Source: Smithella sp.
Lineage (GTDB): Bacteria > Desulfobacterota > Syntrophia > Syntrophales > Smithellaceae
Direction of reading: 5' to 3'
DNA: 64,000 nucleotides
Assembly (NCBI GenBank): GCA_035350895.1
Contig: DAOPVC010000004.1
Location: 1,223 to 65,222, forward strand
Made by a program: the position numbers and the translations under genes. This document shows, in pieces, positions 1 through 9,356 of this stretch. How positions within the stretch are numbered: the first letter of the stretch is position 1; the number at the start of each line of letters is the position of its first letter. The notes beneath the pieces were generated by a model that worked only from the letters and a program-made list of their open reading frames with translations, was not told the DNA's origin and did not search any database.

Positions 1-1
1 C

Positions 2-469
2 GCCTTCATAATACTTTCCTTCCTTGCCGTCGATCACCATAAAACACTTGCTGCCGGCTCTGGCCGCATAGGCAATACGTTGGCTGTCCGGGCTGAAAAC
101 GATCGTTGATCCGACGACATCGTAGTGTTTGCCTTCCATACCATCAACAACAACAATCTGCTTGTTACCTGCCTGCGCCCGATAGGCAAAATGTTTACTG
201 TCCGGACTGAAAATAACATTGGAACCAATGCCGTCATAACGTTTCTGGGGCTGGCCGTCCACAATAACAAATTGCTTATCTCCCTCTCGGGTCGCATAAG
301 CCACGCGCCTTCCGTCGGGACTTGCCGTTAAGACCACTGGAATAAAATCAAACTTCAAAAGTAATTTTTCCGATACAGATGCCCGGGTGTTTCTATCCTC
401 CGCAAAAGAATTCAAGCTGCAAACCGCAAGCAAAAAGAGCCCCGATAAAAACAAGATTTTTCTCAACAT
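2..469 (-). CDS. Putative lipoprotein with tandem ~45-aa repeats (N-terminal part only; gene runs off the left edge)
   Basis: The start ATG is the reverse complement of 467-469, and the frame stays open down to position 2. The N-terminus is MLRKILFLSGLFLLAVC (signal peptide with a lipobox-like LAVC). Three repeats follow the pattern (V/I)xFSPDSxxxAYxAxxGxKxxxV(V/I)DGxEGKxY. It is absent from the ORF track because no stop codon lies inside the window. Confidence 0.6.
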   Translation of the reverse strand, partial: MLRKILFLSGLFLLAVCSLNSFAEDRNTRASVSEKLLLKFDFIPVVLTASPDGRRVAYATREGDKQFVIVDGQPQKRYDGIGSNVIFSPDSKHFAYRAQAGNKQIVVVDGMEGKHYDVVGSTIVFSPDSQRIAYAARAGSKCFMVIDGKEGKYYEG

Positions 470-680
470 ATTTACGATAATCCCCTTATTGAATTTAAAC
501 AAAAAAACAACTCATTAAAACAACTTTCTTGCCTGTTGTTTCTTTCATCACCGTGAAGAAATTTTATTTTTTGTTTTATTAGTCTATTTCGTTGTCACAT
601 GCAAACATATTCTTAAATTCGAATCACTGATGAAAATTTCCCCGAAATGGTAATTTTATCAATGACCCGGAAAAAATATT

Positions 681-709
681 TTGACAAGATTTATTTTTTA
701 CATTAAAAT
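681..709 (+). promoter_or_regulatory. Sigma70-type promoter of the leu operon leader
   Basis: TTGACA (681-686), an exact 17-nt spacer, then TAAAAT (704-709). It lies about 290 nt upstream of the leuA start. Confidence 0.6.
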
Positions 710-755
710 GTCACGAATTTGGGAAAAGGCATAAATATAAACGATGTCGGGAACA

Positions 756-863
756 ATGAAAAAACAAATTTTAATATTGAACATTCTGCCTCTTCTTCTG
801 GGACTCGCGCTGTTGCGCCTTTTACTAAAGGCCACCCGCCCATCGTTTTTAGGTCATCATTAG
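756..863 (+). CDS. Leucine-rich leader peptide (35 aa) of a putative leu attenuator
   Basis: Hand translation gives MKKQILILNILPLLLGLALLRLLLKATRPSFLGHH followed by TAG. 13 of 35 codons are Leu and all six Leu codons are used. A second in-frame ATG lies at 744. It sits between the promoter and an intrinsic terminator upstream of leuA. Confidence 0.55.
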   Translation: MKKQILILNILPLLLGLALLRLLLKATRPSFLGHH

Positions 864-886
864 GACAGCAAAATAATGGATTACCT

Positions 887-922
887 AAAAGGCCGTGGGT
901 AAAAACCACGGCCTTTTTTATT
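887..922 (+). terminator. Intrinsic terminator (attenuator) in the leuA leader
   Basis: GGCCGTGG (891-898), loop GTAAAAA, CCACGGCC (906-913), followed by TTTTTTATT. The upstream A-run can extend the stem. Confidence 0.7.
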
Positions 923-996
923 ATATAAAGGTACATATCCCGATAGCCTATGGCTACGGGATCAATTCCTAATAGTCATTAGAAGGAGATACTGCT

Positions 997-2544
997 ATGA
1001 AAAAAGATAAAAATCGCGTTTACATTTTCGATACAACATTAAGGGACGGCGAACAATCCCCGGGATACAGCATGAATACAGAGGAAAAATTGATGCTCGC
1101 CCGTCAACTCGAAAGGCTGGGCGTCGATATCATCGAGGCGGGATTTCCCATCGCGTCCGAAGGGGACTTTGACGCTGTCCGGCAGATTGCGCGGGAGATT
1201 AAAAAATCTCAGGTGGCCGGCCTTGCCCGTGCCAATAAGATCGACATCGACCGCGCCTGGCAGGCGATAAAAGACGCCGTGCATCCCCGTATCCATACTT
1301 TCATTTCTTCATCGGATATTCATTTGAAATATCAACTCAAGAAAAGCCGGGAGCAAGTGCTTAAAGAAGCGGTTGCCGCTGTCAAACTGGCCCGTTCTTA
1401 CACGGATAATGTCGAATTTTCGCCGATGGATGCCACGCGCTCGGATAAGGATTATCTGGTGGAAATGGTCTCCGCCGTTATTGATGCCGGGGCCGGCACG
1501 GTCAATATTCCCGATACCGTTGGTTATGCCATCCCGGAAGAATTCGGCAATCTGATCGCTTATCTTTTTGCCAACGTGAAAAATATCGATGATACGATTA
1601 TTGCCACCCACTGTCATAACGATTTGGGTCTGGCTGTTGCCAACTCCCTGGCCGCCATCAGGCAGGGGGCACGCCAGATCGAATGCACCATCAACGGCAT
1701 CGGCGAGCGGGCGGGCAATACGGCCATGGAAGAAGTGGTTATGGCGTTGCAAACCCGCAAAGATCTTTTCGGGCTTTACACAAAGATTAAGACAGATCAG
1801 ATCTATAAAACGTCGCGGCTGCTCACGCAGATCACCGGCATATCGGTACAGCCGAACAAAGCCATTGTGGGCGCCAACGCTTTCGCACACGAATCGGGTA
1901 TTCATCAGGACGGCTTGATCAAGGAGAAAATCACGTATGAAATCATGACCCCTCAATCCGTCGGGATCAGCGATACACATATCGTACTGGGCAAGCATTC
2001 CGGTCGCAACGCTATTTCACACCACTTAAAAAAAATGGGCTATCTGCTGAACGATGAACAAATCAACAAGGTCGCGGCAAGAGTTAAGGAACTGGCCGAC
2101 ATCAAGAAAGATATTTACGACGAAGACCTGGAGGTGATTCTTTCCGAAGAGATCTACCGGGGCGAGGATAAATACAGCCTGATTTACCTTAACGTTGTCA
2201 GCGGCAATGTAGCGATTCCCACAGCAACGATGGAAATGCAAATAGCCAAAGAAGTCGTCCGGGAAGCGGGATTCGGCAACGGTCCGGTTGATGCGACGTT
2301 TGCGGCTATCCGCAACATCACCAAAACCAATTATCCGCTGATGAAATATATTGTCAACGCCATCACGGGTGGATCGGACGCGCAGGGCGAAGTTACGGTA
2401 CAACTGAAATACAATGGTCATTCCGTTGTCGGTCGCGGGGCGCATCCCGATGTTATTGTCGCGTCCGCCAAAGCCTATATCAATGCGCTGAATCGTCTCG
2501 AATTTTTAAAAGACAATATTAAAAAGGTTAAAATTGTTGAATAA
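997..2544 (+). CDS. leuA: 2-isopropylmalate synthase
   Basis: 515 aa. It has the HMGL-like N-terminus [13 protein letters not shown], the [13 protein letters not shown] motif and a C-terminal LeuA regulatory domain. The RBS GAAGGAGA lies upstream. Confidence 0.95.
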   Translation: MKKDKNRVYIFDTTLRDGEQSPGYSMNTEEKLMLARQLERLGVDIIEAGFPIASEGDFDAVRQIAREIKKSQVAGLARANKIDIDRAWQAIKDAVHPRIHTFISSSDIHLKYQLKKSREQVLKEAVAAVKLARSYTDNVEFSPMDATRSDKDYLVEMVSAVIDAGAGTVNIPDTVGYAIPEEFGNLIAYLFANVKNIDDTIIATHCHNDLGLAVANSLAAIRQGARQIECTINGIGERAGNTAMEEVVMALQTRKDLFGLYTKIKTDQIYKTSRLLTQITGISVQPNKAIVGANAFAHESGIHQDGLIKEKITYEIMTPQSVGISDTHIVLGKHSGRNAISHHLKKMGYLLNDEQINKVAARVKELADIKKDIYDEDLEVILSEEIYRGEDKYSLIYLNVVSGNVAIPTATMEMQIAKEVVREAGFGNGPVDATFAAIRNITKTNYPLMKYIVNAITGGSDAQGEVTVQLKYNGHSVVGRGAHPDVIVASAKAYINALNRLEFLKDNIKKVKIVE

Positions 2545-2595
2545 ATACGTGAAATAAGTTAAAGACCGTTTCACTTTTCACAAGGAGAGTAAATC

Positions 2596-3855
2596 GTGGG
2601 CAACACTATTACGGAAAAAATTTTACTGGCTCATACAAAGCTGAAAAAAATATACGCCGGCCAGTTGATCAATGCGCGGGTTGATATCGCACTGGGCAAT
2701 GACGTCACCGCTCCGATAGCTATTCATGAATTTTACAAGTCGGGCGGGACAAAAGTATTCAATAAAAACAAAGTAGCGCTGGTTCTGGATCACTTCACGC
2801 CGAATAAAGATATTAATTCGGCGCAACAATGCAAAACCGTGCGTGAGTTTGCCGCCCAGCAGAAAATAACTCATTTTTATGAAGGCGGAAATGTAGGCGT
2901 TGAACACGCCTTGCTCCCGGAACAGGGTATCGTTCTGCCGGGCGACCTGATCGTAGGCGCGGACAGTCATACCTGCACTTACGGAGCGTTGGGAGCATTT
3001 GCCACAGGGGTGGGCAGCACCGATCTGGCGGCGGTCATGCTTACGGGCGAACTTTGGTTTAAAGTTCCGTCATCGATCAAATTCGTCATTAACGGCAAAT
3101 TACAAAAATGGGTTTCCGGCAAGGATTTAATTTTGCACATCATCGGACGCATCGGCGTGGACGGCGCCCTTTATCAGGCGATGGAGTTCACCGGAGACAC
3201 CATCGGGAAACTGCCCATGGCCGACAGACTTTCGATGGCCAATATGGCGATCGAAGCCGGAGCGAAAAACGGCATTTTCGTTCCCGATAACATTACGGAA
3301 GAATACGTTAAGAAAAGAGCCAAGCGCGATTACAAATTCTATTTTTCCGACGACGATGCCGCCTATACCGACATCCTGGAAATCGACGCCGCGACTATCG
3401 AGCCGCAGGTGGCCTTCCCCCATCTGCCGTCTAACGTCAGAGGGATCAGCAAAGCAGGCAGGGTGAAAATTGATCAGGCCCTGATCGGATCCTGCACGAA
3501 CGGCCGGATTGAGGACTTGAGGATTGCCGCCCGGGTTCTGAAAAATCGCAACGCGGCAAAAGACGTACGATTGATTATTGTTCCGGCAACTCCGGAAATT
3601 TATAAGGCGGCGCTGAAAGAAGGATTGATTGAGACTTTCATGAAAGCCGGAGCCGTCATCAGTCCGCCGTCATGCGGTGCCTGCCTGGGCGGTCACATGG
3701 GAATTCTGGCGGCCGGAGAAAGAGCGGTCGCGACAACGAACCGAAACTTCATCGGCCGGATGGGACATCCGAAAAGTGAAGTTTATCTGGCGAATCCGGC
3801 CGTGGCGGCCGCTTCCGCCGTGCTGGGAAGAATTGCTTCTCCGGAAGAATTATAA
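2596..3855 (+). CDS. leuC: 3-isopropylmalate dehydratase large subunit
   Basis: 419 aa of the aconitase family. It has the DSHT, GSCTNGR and SCGACLG Fe-S ligand motifs. GTG start with an AAGGAGAG RBS. Confidence 0.95.
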   Translation: MGNTITEKILLAHTKLKKIYAGQLINARVDIALGNDVTAPIAIHEFYKSGGTKVFNKNKVALVLDHFTPNKDINSAQQCKTVREFAAQQKITHFYEGGNVGVEHALLPEQGIVLPGDLIVGADSHTCTYGALGAFATGVGSTDLAAVMLTGELWFKVPSSIKFVINGKLQKWVSGKDLILHIIGRIGVDGALYQAMEFTGDTIGKLPMADRLSMANMAIEAGAKNGIFVPDNITEEYVKKRAKRDYKFYFSDDDAAYTDILEIDAATIEPQVAFPHLPSNVRGISKAGRVKIDQALIGSCTNGRIEDLRIAARVLKNRNAAKDVRLIIVPATPEIYKAALKEGLIETFMKAGAVISPPSCGACLGGHMGILAAGERAVATTNRNFIGRMGHPKSEVYLANPAVAAASAVLGRIASPEEL

Positions 3856-3868
3856 GAAAGCATCCATG

Positions 3869-4016
3869 TCCCACTTAGCTTCGCACGTGGGATAATTCAA
3901 CTTGCAGATATTACTGCGCTACGCTTGTAATATCTGAGTTTCATTAAAATTTGGGACTCATTACAACTTACAATCTTCTATACACATTGTTTCTGAAGAT
4001 TGAGTCTCATTAAAAA
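3869..4016. repeat. Mosaic hairpin repeat element, copy A (leuC-leuD spacer)
   Basis: Hairpin TCCCAC-12nt-GTGGGA is followed by the linker TAATTCAAC. Next comes hairpin CAGATATTAC-TGCGCTACGCTT-GTAATATCTG. Then the linkers GAGTTTCATTAAAAT and GGACTCATTACAACTTAC. Next comes hairpin CAATCTTC-16nt-GAAGATTG, then GAGTCTCATTAAAAA. Confidence 0.7.
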
Positions 4017-4027
4017 GGATTTTTACC

Positions 4028-4534
4028 ATGATATTCAAAGGAAGAGTTTGGAAATTTGGAGACAATATCGACACAGACGCGATTATTCCGGCGCGTTATC
4101 TGACGACATCCGATCCTAAAGAGCTGGCGGCTCACTGCATGGAAGACGCCGATCCCGATTTTGTCGCCAAAATGAACCCAGGCGACATTATTCTGGGCGG
4201 GGAAAACTTCGGGTGCGGCTCTTCGCGAGAACATGCACCCATTTCAATAAAAGCAGCCGGCGTTTCCTGCGTTATCGCCAAGAGTTTCGCCCGTATTTTT
4301 TACCGCAACTCCTTCAATATGGGGCTGCCCATTTTCGAATCCCGCGAACTGGCGGACGCGATTGCAGAGGGAGAGGAAATCCGCGTGGACAGCGCCGCGG
4401 GAACGATAACCGTCACCGGTTCTCACCAGACCTTCCGGATCAATCCGATTCCTCCTTTTATGGAAGAGCTGATTGCCGACGGCGGTTTGATGAAACATAT
4501 TGTCAGGGAGAGAGAGAGCAAATCACGGGCATGA
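4028..4534 (+). CDS. leuD: 3-isopropylmalate dehydratase small subunit
   Basis: 168 aa with the [13 protein letters not shown] motif typical of LeuD/aconitase swivel domains. Confidence 0.95.
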   Translation: MIFKGRVWKFGDNIDTDAIIPARYLTTSDPKELAAHCMEDADPDFVAKMNPGDIILGGENFGCGSSREHAPISIKAAGVSCVIAKSFARIFYRNSFNMGLPIFESRELADAIAEGEEIRVDSAAGTITVTGSHQTFRINPIPPFMEELIADGGLMKHIVRERESKSRA

Positions 4535-4574
4535 ACCCTAAATCAAGTTTTAAAACGGCAACATAGTGAGTGAT

Positions 4575-4691
4575 GGGTATCATACCCTCCGCTATGCGGG
4601 ATTGTTTCCAATAGCGTTTAGCTATTAGATAATTCGACTAAAAAACTTCAATGCGCTTTGCTTTTGAAGTTTTAGTCTCATTACAACTTAC
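4575..4691. repeat. Mosaic hairpin repeat element, copy B (leuD-leuB spacer)
   Basis: GGATTGTTTCCAAT is followed by hairpin AATAGC-GTTTA-GCTATT and the linker AGATAATTCGAC. Next comes hairpin AAAACTTCAA-TGCGCTTTGCTT-TTGAAGTTTT, then the linker AGTCTCATTACAACTTAC. Confidence 0.7.
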
Positions 4692-4750
4692 CAAATGCGC
4701 TGCGCCTATAGTGACCTTAGGTTATGTGCTTACGGAATTGGAGTTTCACA

Positions 4751-5845
4751 ATGAAGAGAGAGCGTTTTAAAATTGCTGTTTTTGCCGGTGACGGCATCGG
4801 CCGGGAAATCATGAAAGAAGCGCTGAAAATTATAAAAATTATCTCCGACGATAAGAACATTCATTTTCAACTCCATGAGGGGCTTGCCGGCGGCTGCGCT
4901 TACGATCGTTTCGGCACGCCGCTGCCGGATTCCAGCCTTCAACTTGCCCGGCAAAGCGACGCCGTTTTACTGGGAGCCGTTGGCGGACCGCAATGGGAAA
5001 ATCTGGATTACAGTATCCGGCCGGAAAGAGCGCTTCTGGGATTGCGCGGCAGCCTGGGCATTTATGCCAACTTACGACCGATTGTCGCTTTCGATGAACT
5101 TCTGGATGCCTCCCCGCTGAAACGATCCATTGTGCAGGGCATCGATATCATGATTGTCCGCGAATTGACCGGCGATGTCTATTTCGGCAAACCACGCGGC
5201 ATCAAACAAGGGAAAAACGGAAAACGGAAGGGTGTCAACACGATGGTTTATTCCGAAGATGAAATTCGTCGCATCGCCGTCCGCGCTTTCGAAATAGCCC
5301 GCACACGCAGAAAGAATCTCCTCTCGGTAGACAAAGCCAATATTCTCGAAACGATGGAACTCTGGCGGAATGTGATCACCGACGTCGGCCGGAGCTATCC
5401 GGATGTAACGCTGCAACATATGTATGTCGACAACTGCGCTTTGCAGCTTATCCGCAATCCGGCTCAGTTTGACGTTATTGTCACGACCAATTTATTCGGC
5501 GACATATTGAGCGATGAAGCCGCCATGCTAACCGGCTCCATCGGCATGCTTCCATCGGCCAGCCTGGGGAAAAAATCCGCCTTATATGAACCGATTCATG
5601 GATCGGCGCCGGACATAGCCGGTCAGAACGTGGCCAATCCGCTGGCCATGATTCTTTCAGTGGCGTTGATGCTTCGTTATTCCCTGTCCATGCCCGCCGA
5701 AGCCCAGCTGATCGAGAACGCCGTCACTGAAACACTGAAAGAAGGATTCAGAACGCGGGATATCCATCAACCGGATAAAAAGCTTGTCAGCACCGCGGAG
5801 ATGGGCGATCATGTCGCAGAAAATCTGCGCAGACTTCTGAATTAA
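4751..5845 (+). CDS. leuB: 3-isopropylmalate dehydrogenase
   Basis: It has the [25 protein letters not shown] signature and the N-terminal [10 protein letters not shown]. The start is placed at ATG 4751 (TGGAG RBS 7 nt upstream) rather than at the ORF-track start 4724. Confidence 0.93.
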   Translation: MKRERFKIAVFAGDGIGREIMKEALKIIKIISDDKNIHFQLHEGLAGGCAYDRFGTPLPDSSLQLARQSDAVLLGAVGGPQWENLDYSIRPERALLGLRGSLGIYANLRPIVAFDELLDASPLKRSIVQGIDIMIVRELTGDVYFGKPRGIKQGKNGKRKGVNTMVYSEDEIRRIAVRAFEIARTRRKNLLSVDKANILETMELWRNVITDVGRSYPDVTLQHMYVDNCALQLIRNPAQFDVIVTTNLFGDILSDEAAMLTGSIGMLPSASLGKKSALYEPIHGSAPDIAGQNVANPLAMILSVALMLRYSLSMPAEAQLIENAVTETLKEGFRTRDIHQPDKKLVSTAEMGDHVAENLRRLLN

Positions 5846-5879
5846 AAAGACCAACGCGGTTGCAGGCAATCATCGCAAG

Positions 5880-6509
5880 GTGAAGAAAATGGGATCTGTT
5901 GTTTTTCTGGAAAAAATATTCATGGAGCCTCCCCGCGAAAAAATATACCAACGGCTCGGCTACAAAAAAAGAACAACCACGCTCTCATCCGACCAGCAAA
6001 AGCAAACGGATATTTTCATCCGGGAAGCGGCTTCTGTCATTTCTCTCCGGGGGGTTTTCTTACGCCTGCCCATTGTTCATCATGACGGAAAAACAATATT
6101 TTTGTCGGAAAACATTCAACTCAGCAGCGAAAAGCTGTGTGTGTTTCTGCGCGACTGCCGCGAAGCTGTCCTGATGGGCGCAACGGCAGGCAATGCCGTT
6201 ATGGAAGCCATCAGGGAAAAAACGCGTCAAGATGACCTGGCAGCGGCGGTTGTTTACGACGCCACCGCCAGTGAAATGACAGATGCGACACTGGACTGGA
6301 TTATGAATTATTTAAACCGGCTTCTTCGCCGTGAAGGGAAATCCCTTTTGCCGCGCCGTTTTTCCGCGGGCTATGCCGATTTCAATCTGGAAAATCAAAA
6401 AACAATTTACGACAAACTGCAGATGGAAAAAATCGATGTAAAAATCAATCCAAGCTATCTGCTTTTACCCGAAAAATCAGTTACCGCCGTCGGCGGCATA
6501 TGCGGATAA
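5880..6509 (+). CDS. Stand-alone methionine synthase reactivation (AdoMet-binding) domain protein
   Basis: About 209 aa. It resembles the C-terminal activation domain of MetH (..RRFSAGYADF..LLPEKSVTAVGGI). The MetH core at 9357-11771 lacks this domain. The start codon is uncertain. Confidence 0.7.
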   Translation: MKKMGSVVFLEKIFMEPPREKIYQRLGYKKRTTTLSSDQQKQTDIFIREAASVISLRGVFLRLPIVHHDGKTIFLSENIQLSSEKLCVFLRDCREAVLMGATAGNAVMEAIREKTRQDDLAAAVVYDATASEMTDATLDWIMNYLNRLLRREGKSLLPRRFSAGYADFNLENQKTIYDKLQMEKIDVKINPSYLLLPEKSVTAVGGICG

Positions 6510-6575
6510 AAGCAGATATGGAATCGATCGGTTTTTTTATTTTTCGATTCCGTACTTCACCCTGGCTATTATTGG

Positions 6576-6604
6576 TTGACACACTAGCGATAAAATTTTA
6601 TAGT
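6576..6604 (+). promoter_or_regulatory. Sigma70-type promoter upstream of the REC-PAS-HD-GYP gene
   Basis: TTGACA (6576-6581), a 17-nt spacer, then TATAGT (6599-6604). Confidence 0.5.
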
Positions 6605-6704
6605 TCAACATCAATTAAAGCTATATTTCACAATCAACAACGCATCGCATGGAAGAAATTTGATTTCAAACCCTTTCCTTCGGTTTTATCCGGTATGGTA
6701 AGTT

Positions 6705-9263
6705 ATGGAGAACAACACGGGATCCAAATCCGACAAACAATCAAGACTGCATGTGTTAATCCTGGACGATTCTGAAGATGATGCAATGCTCATCGTCCGC
6801 GAACTTGTCAAAGGCGGCTACAAACCCGTGTATGACAGGATCGAAAGCGCAACCGCACTGCAAACAGCCCTGCAAGAAAAACCATGGGACATCATTCTTT
6901 GTGATTACAGCATGCCGGGTTTTAATGCTCCGGCGGCAATAAATCTGTTAAAAAAATCCAGGGCAGATATTCCCATCATCATTGTTTCGGGAACGGTCGG
7001 TGAAGAAACGGCCATCGAATGCATGCGTTTGGGCGCTCAGGATTATGTGATGAAAACCAACCTGTCCCGTCTTTGTCCGGCTATAGCACGAGAGATCGAG
7101 GAAACAAAAAACAAACGCAATCAAAACATTGCCGAGGCAAAACTCCGGCAGAGTGAAGAAAAATACCGCAATATTCTTGAACACATGCAGGAAGGGTATT
7201 TTGAAGTCGATCTGGCCGGCAACTTTATTTTTCTGAACAATACGGTGTGCAAAACCTTGGGTTATTCCCGAGAGGAACTCATCGGAATGAATAATCGTCA
7301 ATATACGGATGAAAAAGAATTAAAGAAGATTTTTCAGGCATACAACAACGTTTATACCACCGGCAAACCAATTCAAGAACTAACTTGGATTGTTCACCAG
7401 AAAAACGGCGGGAAAAGATATATTGCCGGCTCTGTTTCCTTAAAGAAAGATGAAGCCGGGAAACCAATTGGATTTACCGGAATGGTCCGGGATGTCACCG
7501 AGCAAAAACAGATTGAAGAAAAATTGCGGGAAGAGGAACGCAGATTCAGAACCCTTGCAGATCAATCGTCGGATATTATTCTGCTGGTCAATCGGAACGG
7601 CATTATCACTTATGAAAACAAGGCCGTTCATAAGATTTTGGGATACCAGCCGGAGGAAAGAATCGGAGCAAACGCTTCATACAATATTCATCCGGATGAT
7701 CTGAAAAACAATACCGAAGAATTCAGGAAAATATTCGCGGATGCAAACGCTCCTGTTTTACGAACGGAGGTTCGCATCCGCCACAAAGACGGTAGCTGGC
7801 GCACATTCGAAGAAGTGGCCAGCAGCCTTTCCAGGGATCATTTTGTCGAACTGGTCATTATAAACCTGCGCGACATCACCGAACGCAAGCGTTTTGAAGA
7901 GGCTTTAAGAAAAAGCGAACTGATGTTTCGCAGTCTCTTCCAAAACAATCCGGTGGGAGTTTTCCTGCTGAAAGACAGAAAATTTCTGGAAGTCAATCCG
8001 GCGCTCTGCAAAATGACCGGATATGCTCCGGAGGAACTTATCGGGCAATCCGTCAGTGTCGGCTACAGCTCTGATCAGGAATTTGAACGCGCGGGCAAAA
8101 TACTTTACAAACAAGTCCTGGAAAAAGGTTCCGGGTTTACCGAGGCCCGCCTGAAACGCAAGACCGGTGAAATTTTCGAAGCGTTGTTATACATTGCCCC
8201 CGTCGATCCGCAGGACAGCTCGCTGGGATATGAAGGAGCCATGCTTGATATCACCGAGCGCAAAAAAACGGAAAATGCTCTCCGCGAAAGCGAACGGAAA
8301 TACCGCAACATCTTTGAAAATGCCATGGAAGGCATTTATCAGGCGACCAATGAAGGCGATTTTATAACGGTCAATACCGCTTTCGCCCGGATGGCCGGAT
8401 ATGAATCTCCGAAAGATTTGATCGAATCCATCAGGAATATTTCGACCCAGCTTTATGTTCATCCGGAAGACCGGGAACGATTTCTGGGAATCAGAAAGAC
8501 GAAAGGGTTTGTGGATAACTTTGAGGTTGAATTCTACAAAAAGGATGGAAGCACTTTCTGGGTCGTTATCAATGCCCGGGCCGTCAAGGATGACGCCGGG
8601 AACGCTTTGTATACGGAGGGGCTTATCGAAGATATTACGCTTCGGAAACGGGCGGAAGAAGATCTTCGAGAGAGTCTTGAAAGACTGAAGAAAGCGGTCA
8701 ACACCACCATTCAAGTTCTGGTGTCCGCCCTGGAAGTAAGAGATCCCTACACCGCCGGACACCAGTCCCGGTCAGCGGATCTGGCCTGCGCCATCGCCGC
8801 AGAGATGGGATTGTCTCAGGAAAAGATCGACGGAATCCGCATGGCGGGCGTGATTCATGATATCGGGAAAATATCCATCCCGGTCGAAATACTGTCCAAA
8901 CCATCGAAGCTGACAAATCTTGAATTTTCTCTGATCAAAGAACACTCCCAGAGCGGATTCGAGATGCTTAAGGATATTGATTCTCCCTGGCCGCTGGCGG
9001 AAATTGTTCAGCAGCATCATGAACGCATCAACGGAACCGGTTATCCGAAAAATCTAAAAGGAGATGAAATTCTTCTTGAAGCCCGCATTCTTACTGTTGC
9101 CGACGTTGTGGAGGCTATGGCATCCCACCGTCCCTATCGCGCTTCGCTGGGCATCGAAACCGCCCTGGAAGAAATCGAAAAAAACAAAGGCATTCTTTAT
9201 GATGAAGCCGTTGCCAACGCCTGCCTGAAATTATTCCGCGAAAAAGGCTATGTTCTGGAATAA
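6705..9263 (+). CDS. Response regulator with multiple PAS/PAC domains and a C-terminal HD-GYP domain (putative c-di-GMP phosphodiesterase)
   Basis: 852 aa. It has an N-terminal receiver (LILDDSEDD...DYSMPG) and at least four PAS-like blocks with repeated ITERK/VTEQK junctions. The HD-GYP motifs are HDIGK and HHERINGTGYP. Confidence 0.85.
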   Translation: MENNTGSKSDKQSRLHVLILDDSEDDAMLIVRELVKGGYKPVYDRIESATALQTALQEKPWDIILCDYSMPGFNAPAAINLLKKSRADIPIIIVSGTVGEETAIECMRLGAQDYVMKTNLSRLCPAIAREIEETKNKRNQNIAEAKLRQSEEKYRNILEHMQEGYFEVDLAGNFIFLNNTVCKTLGYSREELIGMNNRQYTDEKELKKIFQAYNNVYTTGKPIQELTWIVHQKNGGKRYIAGSVSLKKDEAGKPIGFTGMVRDVTEQKQIEEKLREEERRFRTLADQSSDIILLVNRNGIITYENKAVHKILGYQPEERIGANASYNIHPDDLKNNTEEFRKIFADANAPVLRTEVRIRHKDGSWRTFEEVASSLSRDHFVELVIINLRDITERKRFEEALRKSELMFRSLFQNNPVGVFLLKDRKFLEVNPALCKMTGYAPEELIGQSVSVGYSSDQEFERAGKILYKQVLEKGSGFTEARLKRKTGEIFEALLYIAPVDPQDSSLGYEGAMLDITERKKTENALRESERKYRNIFENAMEGIYQATNEGDFITVNTAFARMAGYESPKDLIESIRNISTQLYVHPEDRERFLGIRKTKGFVDNFEVEFYKKDGSTFWVVINARAVKDDAGNALYTEGLIEDITLRKRAEEDLRESLERLKKAVNTTIQVLVSALEVRDPYTAGHQSRSADLACAIAAEMGLSQEKIDGIRMAGVIHDIGKISIPVEILSKPSKLTNLEFSLIKEHSQSGFEMLKDIDSPWPLAEIVQQHHERINGTGYPKNLKGDEILLEARILTVADVVEAMASHRPYRASLGIETALEEIEKNKGILYDEAVANACLKLFREKGYVLE

Positions 9264-9356
9264 CACCCGTCCCGGCCATGAAATGAAATTTGCAGAAAAG
9301 TAATCATTGAGGTATAAGAACTTCAAAATCTGACAGCTTGTGTTTCGGGGGATAAC

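Noticed and set aside
703-936. ORF-track candidates 719-928 (+, 69 aa) and 703-936 (-, 77 aa) in the leuA upstream region
   Set aside because: Both run straight through the terminator hairpin. Neither has a convincing RBS. The Leu-rich 35-codon frame plus terminator explains the region better.
1309-1998. Long antisense or alternative-frame ORFs inside well-supported genes (for example 1309-1998 in leuA, 10386-11084 in metH, 20527-22431 in uvrA, 55559-57500 in pnp)
   Set aside because: They overlap genes with clear family motifs on the other strand or frame. Their translations are low-complexity or Arg/Gly-rich, as is typical of shadow ORFs.
3856-4723. Possibility that the alternating constant/variable segments in the leu spacers are a small CRISPR array
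   Set aside because: The constant parts are only about 10-19 nt and of two different kinds. Spacing is irregular and the variable parts are self-complementary hairpins. Copies occur in both orientations at dispersed loci, and no cas genes are present.
6500-6775. 91-aa ORF overlapping the promoter and start of the REC-PAS-HD-GYP gene
   Set aside because: It crosses a hairpin and a consensus promoter, overlaps the regulator start out of frame, and has no family resemblance.
9264-9356. Cobalamin or SAM riboswitch upstream of metH (and upstream of 5880)
   Set aside because: The spacers are only 93 and 34 nt, too short for these aptamers. I saw no B12-box-like sequence.
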